Shown here: positions 1 through 5,825 of the stretch, piece after piece
How the letters are laid out: each line of letters begins with the position of its first letter
How positions within the stretch are numbered: position 1 is the first letter of the stretch
IMG/VR virus record: IMGVR_UViG_2537561935_000009
Origin: a virus
Taxonomy: Duplodnaviria; Heunggongvirae; Uroviricota; Caudoviricetes
DNA: 6,238 bases
Strand: one strand, 5' to 3'
The notes under the pieces: model-generated
Told to the model about the DNA's origin: nothing
The model's input: the letters and a program-made list of their open reading frames with translations, nothing else
The model's database searches: none
Translations under genes and position numbers: made by a program

Positions 1-1
1 T

Positions 2-178
2 GACAGCGCCGATCTCCTGTTTACGCTCCCTCTGCGGGAACGCGTTCGCATCACGCGCAGCAGTCAGGGCACGCCGCAGGCAGAACACCTGCCGGAGCCA
101 GAACCCCGCCTGCCATCTTCCGAAGGCGACTGGTCGCATGTATTCCAGGATGTGACGTGGGGTGAAAGCGATGGATAA
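2..178 (+). CDS. C-terminal fragment of a putative tail completion protein (P2 gpR-like); 5' end lies upstream of the window
   Basis: Frame 2 is open from the window edge to TAA at 176..178. Its translation (…DLLFTLPLRERVRITRSSQGTPQAEHLPEPEPRLPSSEGDWSHVFQDVTWGESDG) looks more protein-like than the other two forward frames, which are Cys/Arg-rich. Assignment to gpR rests only on position immediately upstream of the S-like gene in P2 gene order. Confidence 0.35.
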   Translation, partial: DSADLLFTLPLRERVRITRSSQGTPQAEHLPEPEPRLPSSEGDWSHVFQDVTWGESDG

Positions 179-806
179 GGCATTCACCCGCGTGGATGAA
201 ACCTTTGAGGCCATCCGCGACAGCCTGAATCAGCAGGCCATCAATAACATCGCCAGAAAGCTGGCACAGGATTTACGCCGCGCCCAGCAGGCGCGTATCC
301 GGTCACAGAAAGCGCCGGACGGGACCGCGTGGACACCACGCAGACGCCGCGTAACCCGGATACAGGAACGCATTCGCTTTATCTGGAATAACGAAGCACG
401 CACGCTGAAAAACTGGCATCACGACACGGGGAAATACGGGCGAACCATTACCGGGTGGGATGAGGATAAAAACAATATCCGCACGTTTTACCGGGATGAC
501 ATCGACCGTTTTCTGGAAATACGCACCAGGCGCATCAACCAGGACAGCACAAAGCGCGTCCCCATGTTCGTAAAACTGCGCACCGCCCGCTACCTGAAAG
601 CCCGTGCAGATGCTTCCGGTGTGACGGTGGGTTACAGCGGCGTGGCCGCACGTATTGCCCGCGTTCATCAGTTCGGTGAGCGCGATCAGGTTGCGCCGGG
701 CATTTTCACCGATTACCCGGTACGTGAGCTGCTGGGCATCAGTCAGGCAGATGAGCGCCTGATTTATAACACGGTGCTGGGCCGGATTGCGGAGGCTGTA
801 CGGTGA
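171..806 (+). CDS. Phage virion morphogenesis / tail completion protein (P2 gpS-like)
   Basis: ORF in the same orientation as the baseplate operon, ending TGA 804..806. I prefer ATG 171 (GGGG/GTGA purine-rich stretch about 8 nt upstream) over the ORF-track GTG at 162; either is possible. The C-terminal half (…PMFVKLRTARYLKARADASGVTVGYSGVAARIARVHQFGERD…) resembles the virion morphogenesis (gpS / Mu G) family as I recall it. Lies directly upstream of V as in P2. Confidence 0.7.
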   Translation: MDKAFTRVDETFEAIRDSLNQQAINNIARKLAQDLRRAQQARIRSQKAPDGTAWTPRRRRVTRIQERIRFIWNNEARTLKNWHHDTGKYGRTITGWDEDKNNIRTFYRDDIDRFLEIRTRRINQDSTKRVPMFVKLRTARYLKARADASGVTVGYSGVAARIARVHQFGERDQVAPGIFTDYPVRELLGISQADERLIYNTVLGRIAEAVR

Positions 807-1384
807 GCGCAGAACTCATGCGACTGCTGAGCAACATCATCCGCACCGGGATCATCTCTGAAGTTGATGAGAAGTCCTGGCGCGTGCGCGTTCGCAGCGG
901 CGAACTGGAAACAGGCTGGTTGCGCTGGAACACCACGCGCGCGGGAGCCTTCAATGTGTGGCTGCCGCCATCACCAGGCGAACAGGTGGTAATTGCCTGC
1001 ATTGGCGGCAACCCGGAAACCGCCATGATAATTGGCAGTCTGTGGAGTGATGCCAGTCCGGCCCCCGGCAAAAGCCTGAAAGAAATCGTGGTCAGCGCGC
1101 CGGATGGCGCGGTGTTCCGCTACGACGCAGACGCAGGCGCACTGAGCGCCAGCGGCATGAAAACAGCCACCCTGCAGGCATCCGTCAGCGTGACACTGGA
1201 CACGCCCGTCGTGGAATGCACAGACCTTCTGAGAACGGCGACGCTTGACGTCACAAAAGGGGGAAAGATGAGCGGCAATATCACGCACAGCGGCGGCAAT
1301 TTCACCTCAAACGGCATCACAGTGCATACGCATAAGCACGGTGGCGTTAAAGGTGGCAGCGATTCGACAGGAGGCCCGCAGTGA
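803..1384 (+). CDS. Baseplate assembly protein V (central spike, P2 gpV-like)
   Basis: 193-aa ORF with GTG start at 803 preceded by GGAGG at 791..795; the start overlaps the upstream stop (GTGA). The translation has the gpV-like pattern: IRTGII near the N-terminus, GEQV…GG core, and C-terminal …GG.M.GNI.HSGG…SNG…HTHKH…GG. Position between S and W matches P2. Confidence 0.9.
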   Translation: MSAELMRLLSNIIRTGIISEVDEKSWRVRVRSGELETGWLRWNTTRAGAFNVWLPPSPGEQVVIACIGGNPETAMIIGSLWSDASPAPGKSLKEIVVSAPDGAVFRYDADAGALSASGMKTATLQASVSVTLDTPVVECTDLLRTATLDVTKGGKMSGNITHSGGNFTSNGITVHTHKHGGVKGGSDSTGGPQ

Positions 1385-1731
1385 CAACCCGCTACACAGG
1401 AATGAACCCGGACGGGACGGGAAACCTGAACGATATGGAGCACCTGAAACAGTCAGTCAGGGATATCCTGACCACCCCGCTGGCAAGCCGGGTTATGCGA
1501 CGGGAATATGGCAGCCTTTTGCCTGATTTGATTGACGAACCCATGAATAACACCACGCGTCTGCAATGCATGAGTGCTGCCGTGATTGCACTGACACGAT
1601 GGGAACCCCGCATTGCCCTGGACGCCATCGACGTTGTCTGGAAGGCAGGAGGCCGCGCCGGGGTGACGCTGTCGGGCACTGTCATGCAGACCATGCAGAA
1701 TGTTGAATTAACCATCACGCTGAGGGAGTAA
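1381..1731 (+). CDS. Baseplate assembly protein W (GPW/gp25 family, P2 gpW-like)
   Basis: 116-aa ORF, GTG start at 1381 overlapping the V stop (GTGA), with AGGAGG at 1369..1374. N-terminus MTTRYTGMN… and internal …RVMRREYGSLLPDLIDEP…WEPRI… match my recollection of gpW/gp25-type baseplate wedge proteins. The size is about that of P2 gpW. Confidence 0.9.
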   Translation: MTTRYTGMNPDGTGNLNDMEHLKQSVRDILTTPLASRVMRREYGSLLPDLIDEPMNNTTRLQCMSAAVIALTRWEPRIALDAIDVVWKAGGRAGVTLSGTVMQTMQNVELTITLRE

Positions 1732-1734
1732 ATC

Positions 1735-2631
1735 ATGCCCGCCGTTGACCTTTCCCAGTTACCGGAACCCGCCATCATCGCGGAGCCTGACTTTGAAGCA
1801 ATTCTGGCTGACACAAAAGCCATGATGATTGCGTCCTATCCCGCCGAACAGCGTGAAGCCGTTTCCGCCGCGCTGGAGCTGGAATCGGAACCCCTTAACG
1901 TTATCGCCCAGACAACAGCGTTTCGTGAAATGCTGTTACGCCAGCGGGTCAATGAGGGTGCACGCGCCTGCATGTTAAGCCACAGCGCCGGGACAGACCT
2001 GGACAACCTCGCGGGCAATATGAACACAAAGCGCCTGGTTATCACTCCGGCAGCGGATACCACCGACGCGGTGATGGAGAGCGACACCTCGCTGAGACTG
2101 CGGGCGCAGCGGGCGTACGACGGCTTGAGTGTTGCTGGCCCGTCAGGTGCATACGAGTATTTTGCCCGCAGCGCCAGCGGTCTGGTGCGTGATGCGCGGG
2201 CTATCAGTCCGTCTCCGGCCAATGTGACGGTTTCCATCCTGTCCACTGAAGGCGACGGCACAGCAACGGAGGCGTTGCTTAATACCGTTCGCGCCGTTCT
2301 GAATGCAGAGGATACCCGCCCGGTGGCCGACCGCCTGACCGTACAGAGCGCCAGAATCGTGACATGGCGGCTGAATGCAAAACTGTACTTTTACCCCGGC
2401 CCGGAATCCGAACCTATTCTGGCCGCGGCTGAATCGTCGTTCAGGAAGTGGCTGGCTGAGCAGGGGCTTATCGGTCAGGACGTGGCGTTGTCCGCCATTG
2501 CTGCCGCACTTCATGTGCACGGCGTGCAACGCGTGGAGATAATCGAACCCACACAGAATATGGCCATCAGCGACATACAGGCGGCGCGCTGTGAGTCATT
2601 TACCATCAGCGAAGGTGGGCGCAATGAGTAA
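1735..2631 (+). CDS. Baseplate assembly protein J (P2 gpJ-like)
   Basis: 298-aa ORF, ATG at 1735 with GAGGGAG at 1723..1728. Size and position (after W, before I) match P2 gpJ; the sequence is typical of Baseplate_J family proteins as recalled. Confidence 0.9.
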   Translation: MPAVDLSQLPEPAIIAEPDFEAILADTKAMMIASYPAEQREAVSAALELESEPLNVIAQTTAFREMLLRQRVNEGARACMLSHSAGTDLDNLAGNMNTKRLVITPAADTTDAVMESDTSLRLRAQRAYDGLSVAGPSGAYEYFARSASGLVRDARAISPSPANVTVSILSTEGDGTATEALLNTVRAVLNAEDTRPVADRLTVQSARIVTWRLNAKLYFYPGPESEPILAAAESSFRKWLAEQGLIGQDVALSAIAAALHVHGVQRVEIIEPTQNMAISDIQAARCESFTISEGGRNE

Positions 2632-3154
2632 TTCACTGTTACCGCCATCAGCCAGCAGTTTCATGCGTTGTGCCGAAGCCGTCGGAACACGCATTACAGA
2701 CATTCCGGTAGACCTCAATACGCTGTGGTCGCCGGATACCTGCCCGGTGCATCTGCTGCCTTATCTCGCCTGGGCATTTTCCGTTGACCGCTGGGATCGC
2801 AACTGGCCGGAAGAGACAAAGCGACAGGTTATTCGTGATGCATGGCTGATACACCGACACAAAGGGACCATCAGCGCACTGCGCAGGGCCATTGAACCAC
2901 TGGGATACCTCATTCGCGTGTCTGAGTGGTGGGAGTTCGGAGGAGAACCGGGAACATTTACCGTTGAAGTCGGCACGCTGGACAGTGGCGTGACGGAGGA
3001 AATGTATCTGGAAATGGAGCGGTTGATTGCTGATGCCCGCCCGGTCAGCCGCCACATGACAGGGCTGAATATCATTCAGGAGATCCCGGGGGATATTTTC
3101 GCGGCGGCAGCAACTTACGACGGTGAAGTCATTACCATTTATCCGGACGATTAA
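2624..3154 (+). CDS. Tail protein I (baseplate, P2 gpI-like)
   Basis: I prefer ATG 2624 (GGTGGG at 2614..2619; 176 aa) over the ORF-track GTG at 2591. This start overlaps the J stop by 8 nt (ATGAGTAA). Motifs …LWSPDTCPVHLLPYLAWAFSVDRWDRNW… match my recollection of P2 gpI. Immediately precedes the tail fibre gene. Confidence 0.87.
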   Translation: MSNSLLPPSASSFMRCAEAVGTRITDIPVDLNTLWSPDTCPVHLLPYLAWAFSVDRWDRNWPEETKRQVIRDAWLIHRHKGTISALRRAIEPLGYLIRVSEWWEFGGEPGTFTVEVGTLDSGVTEEMYLEMERLIADARPVSRHMTGLNIIQEIPGDIFAAAATYDGEVITIYPDD

Positions 3155-3156
3155 GC

Positions 3157-5259
3157 ATGAGTACCACAACACGAAAATTTAAAACCGTTATCACCGATAC
3201 GGGTGCAAAAAAATTAGCTCAGGCAGCCGCGCCAGATGGTAAGCCTGTCCGCCTGACTCATATGGCCGTGGGCGACGGTGGCGGCACGTTGCCCACACCA
3301 GACAGTAAGCAGACCCGTCTGGTGCATGAGGTGTGGCGACACACTGTTAATCGCGTCATCCTGGACGCAACACATCAGAACCACATTATTGCGGAGCTGG
3401 TTATTCCTCCTGAAACGGGCGGATTCTGGATCCGGGAAATTGGTGTATTTGATGAGCACGGCGATTTGATCGCGGTGGGCAATACTGCGGAAAGTTACAA
3501 GCCAGCCGTTGCCGAAGGATCCGGACGTGCACAAACATTTCGCACCATTCTGACCGTATCCAGCACTGCCACCGTGGCGCTTACCGTGGATAACACCATG
3601 GTGATGGCCACAGTGGATTACGTGAATGACAAACTGAAAGAACATGAACAGTCACGACGTCACCCGGACGCCTCGCTGACCGCAAAAGGCTTTGTTCAAC
3701 TCAGTAGCGCCACTAACAGCACGTCTGAAACGCAGGCTGCAACGCCGAAAGCAGTAAAAGCCGCGTATGACCTGGCTAACGCAAAATATACCGCTCAGGA
3801 CGCCACGACGGCACGAAAAGGGATAGTCCAGCTCAGTAGTGCCACCAACAGCACGTCTGAAACGCTGGCCGCGACACCGAAAGCGGTTAAGGTGGTAATG
3901 GATGAAACGAACAAGAAAGCGCCCTTAAACAGCCCGGCGCTGACCGGAACGCCAACAACACCAACTGCGCGACAGGGAACGAATAATACCCAAATCGCAA
4001 GCACGGCTTATGTGATGGCCGCGATTGCCGCACTTGTAGATTCGTCACCTGACGCACTGAACACGCTGAACGAGCTGGCGGCGGCGCTGGGCAACGACCC
4101 GAATTTTGCGACCACCATGACTAACGCGCTTGCGGGTAAGCAACCGAAAGATGCCACCCTGACGGCGCTGGCCGGGCTTGCTACTGCAGCAGACAGGTTT
4201 CCGTATTTTACGGGGAATGATGTTGCCAGCCTGGCAACCCTGACAAAAGTCGGGCGGGATATTCTTGCAAAATCGACCATTGCCGCCGTTATCGAATACC
4301 TCGGTTTACAGGAAACGGTAAATCAGGCTTCTGGAGCATTACAAAAAAACCAGAACGGCGCAGATATTCCGGGAAAAGATACCTTCACCAAAAATATTGG
4401 GGCCTGCCGCGCATATAGCGCATGGCTGAATATTGGTGGCGATAGTCAGGCCTGGACAACCGCACAATTCATTTCGTGGCTGGAGAGTCAGGGGGCATTT
4501 AACCATCCTTACTGGATGTGCAAAGGCTCATGGGCTTATGCAAATAATAAGGTCATTACAGATACAGGTTGCGGAAATATTTGTCTTGCAGGTGCTGTGG
4601 TGGAAGTTATTGGCACTCGCGGCGCAATGACCATACGCGTTACCACGCCGAGCACGTCCAGCGGCGGCGGAATTACTAACGCTCAATTCACCTATATTAA
4701 TCATGGTGATGCTTATGCTCCTGGCTGGCGACGAGACTACAACACGAAAAACCAGCAGCCTGCATTTGCTTTAGGGCAGACAGGAAGCAGGGTTGCAAAT
4801 GATAAAGCTGTTGGCTGGAACTGGAATAGCGGTGTTTATGATGCAGATATTGGTGGCGCAACAGCATTAATCCTCCACTTCAATATGAATACGGGGAGTT
4901 GCCCTGCCGTACAGTTCCGCGTGAATTACAGGAATGGCGGTATTTTTTATCGTTCAGCGCGTGATGGTTATGGATTTGAGGCTAACTGGTCAGAGTTTTA
5001 CACCACGACCCGCAAACCCTCTGCGGGAGATGTTGGTGCATACACGCAGGCAGAATGTAACTCAAGGTTTATTACAGGTATTCGCCTTGGCGGTCTGTCA
5101 TCTGTTCAGACATGGAATGGTCCCGGCTGGTCTGACAGGTCAGGTTATGTCGTTACGGGTTCAGTTAACGGAAACCGTGATGAATTAATTGATACAACTC
5201 AGGCAAGGCCAATTCAGTATTGCATTAATGGGACGTGGTATAACGCGGGGAGTATTTAA
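3157..5259 (+). CDS. Tail fibre protein (P2 gpH-like), with a conserved N-terminal baseplate-attachment/shaft region (about aa 1-382) and a compositionally distinct C-terminal receptor-binding region (about aa 383-700)
   Basis: 700-aa ORF starting 2 nt after the I stop. The N-terminus (MSTTTRKFKTVITDTGAKKLAQAA…VRLTHMAVGDGGG) and two copies of the phage tail fibre repeat (…QLSSATNSTSET.AATPKAVK…) are gpH-like. The C-terminal third is AT-richer and Trp/Gly/Cys/Asn-rich, as expected for a swapped receptor-binding module. Confidence 0.92.
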   Translation: MSTTTRKFKTVITDTGAKKLAQAAAPDGKPVRLTHMAVGDGGGTLPTPDSKQTRLVHEVWRHTVNRVILDATHQNHIIAELVIPPETGGFWIREIGVFDEHGDLIAVGNTAESYKPAVAEGSGRAQTFRTILTVSSTATVALTVDNTMVMATVDYVNDKLKEHEQSRRHPDASLTAKGFVQLSSATNSTSETQAATPKAVKAAYDLANAKYTAQDATTARKGIVQLSSATNSTSETLAATPKAVKVVMDETNKKAPLNSPALTGTPTTPTARQGTNNTQIASTAYVMAAIAALVDSSPDALNTLNELAAALGNDPNFATTMTNALAGKQPKDATLTALAGLATAADRFPYFTGNDVASLATLTKVGRDILAKSTIAAVIEYLGLQETVNQASGALQKNQNGADIPGKDTFTKNIGACRAYSAWLNIGGDSQAWTTAQFISWLESQGAFNHPYWMCKGSWAYANNKVITDTGCGNICLAGAVVEVIGTRGAMTIRVTTPSTSSGGGITNAQFTYINHGDAYAPGWRRDYNTKNQQPAFALGQTGSRVANDKAVGWNWNSGVYDADIGGATALILHFNMNTGSCPAVQFRVNYRNGGIFYRSARDGYGFEANWSEFYTTTRKPSAGDVGAYTQAECNSRFITGIRLGGLSSVQTWNGPGWSDRSGYVVTGSVNGNRDELIDTTQARPIQYCINGTWYNAGSI
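3685..3903 (+). repeat. Two tandem copies of a ~27-aa phage tail fibre repeat within H (unit 1 at 3685..3771, unit 2 at 3817..3903; period 132 nt)
   Basis: Direct comparison of the H translation: KGFVQLSSATNSTSETQAATPKAVKAAYD versus KGIVQLSSATNSTSETLAATPKAVKVVMD, with clearly related nucleotide sequence. Confidence 0.85.
4289..4314. other. Putative crossover site for a Gin/Hin/Cin/Pin-family serine DNA invertase (gix/hix-like 26-bp imperfect dyad) inside the tail fibre gene
   Basis: Sequence TTATCGAATACC-TC-GGTTTACAGGAA: two 12-bp half-sites (TTATCGAATACC and, reverse-complemented, TTCCTGTAAACC) around a central dinucleotide. The right half is identical to the gix/hix-type half-site as I recall it. 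It lies within codons V378-E386 of H, exactly at the compositional break between the constant and variable parts. Confidence 0.6.
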
Positions 5260-5261
5260 TT

Positions 5262-5795
5262 ATGATGCACTTAAAAAACATTACTGCTGGCAACCCTAAA
5301 ACAAAAGAGCAATACCAGCTAACAAAGCAATTTAACATCAAATGGCTTTATTCAGATGATGGAAAAAACTGGTATGAGGAACAAAAGAATTTCCAGCCAG
5401 ACACTTTGAAAATGGTCTATGACCATAACGGCGTTATTATTTGTATTGAAAAGGATGTTTCAGCAATTAATCCGGAAGGCGCAAGCGTCGTTGAATTACC
5501 TGATATTACAGCAAATCGCCGTGCTGACATTTCGGGTAAATGGATGTTCAAAGATGGCGTAGTGGTAAAGCGAACTTATACCGAGGAAGAGCAGAGGCAG
5601 CTGGCGGAAAATGAAAAGCAAAGCCTGCTACAGCTCGTCAGGGATAAAACCCAGCTATGGGACTCACAGCTACGGCTGGGCATCATTTCCGACGAGAATA
5701 AACAAAAATTAACCGAGTGGATGCTCTATGCGCAGAAAGTCGAATCTACAGACACTTCCGGTCTGCCAGTAACGTTTCCCGAACAACCAGAATGA
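5262..5795 (+). CDS. tfa: Tail fibre assembly protein (Tfa; P2 gpG / Mu U family chaperone)
   Basis: 177-aa ORF starting 2 nt after the H stop, with GGGGAG about 10 nt upstream. Conserved Tfa-type central block …[24 protein letters not shown]… and C-terminal …PVTFPEQPE; size matches P2 gpG. Confidence 0.9.
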   Translation: MMHLKNITAGNPKTKEQYQLTKQFNIKWLYSDDGKNWYEEQKNFQPDTLKMVYDHNGVIICIEKDVSAINPEGASVVELPDITANRRADISGKWMFKDGVVVKRTYTEEEQRQLAENEKQSLLQLVRDKTQLWDSQLRLGIISDENKQKLTEWMLYAQKVESTDTSGLPVTFPEQPE

Positions 5796-5798
5796 GAG

Positions 5799-5825
5799 AA
5801 GGCCCGCTATCGGGCCTTAATTTTT
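5799..5825. terminator. Intrinsic terminator hairpin between the convergent tfa genes
   Basis: AAGGCCCG (5799..5806) / loop CTAT / CGGGCCTT (5811..5818), an 8-bp GC-rich stem, followed by TTTTT at 5821..5825. It sits in the 28-bp gap between the + tfa stop (5793..5795) and the minus tfa stop (5824..5826). The U-tract is good only for the + transcript. Confidence 0.55.

Noticed and set aside
162-170. ORF-track GTG start at 162 for the S-like gene
   Set aside because: ATG at 171 has a better-spaced purine-rich stretch upstream, and using it shortens the overlap with the upstream gpR-like frame. GTG 162 is not excluded.
2591-2623. ORF-track GTG start at 2591 for gene I
   Set aside because: ATG at 2624 with GGTGGG upstream gives a 176-aa product whose N-terminus (MSNSLLPPSASS…) fits gpI-like proteins. 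The 2591 start would add 11 residues translated from inside the end of J with no ribosome-binding site.
303-3645. Long minus-strand ORFs (303..668, 739..1071, 971..1288, 1120..1443, 1392..1823, 1836..2261, 2143..2529, 2648..3172, 2761..3075, 3214..3645) antisense to the S-V-W-J-I-H genes
   Set aside because: All lie entirely within strongly supported + strand genes. Their translations are Arg/Cys/Ser/His/Ala-rich with low complexity, typical of open antisense frames in GC-rich coding DNA. They have no convincing ribosome-binding sites and no recognisable family resemblance.
3795-4280. Minus-strand ORFs 3795..4004 and 4008..4280 inside H
   Set aside because: Antisense to the Ala/Thr/Ser-rich conserved part of the tail fibre gene; hydrophobic low-complexity translations consistent with frame artefacts.
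3207-4349. A7 homopolymer tracts in H (3207..3213 and 4343..4349) as slipped-strand phase-variation sites
   Set aside because: They are short, encode Lys/Asn codons in frame, and are common by chance in AT-richer coding DNA. Nothing indicates length polymorphism.
1341-5188. Same-strand out-of-frame ORFs 1341..1526, 3278..3469, 4433..4630 and 4934..5188
   Set aside because: Short, embedded in alternative frames of V/W and H, with no start context and artefact-like composition.
4315-5259. Diversity-generating retroelement targeting the tail fibre C-terminus
   Set aside because: No reverse transcriptase ORF and no second (template) copy of any stretch of the H 3' end within the window. The variability here is better explained by cassette inversion.
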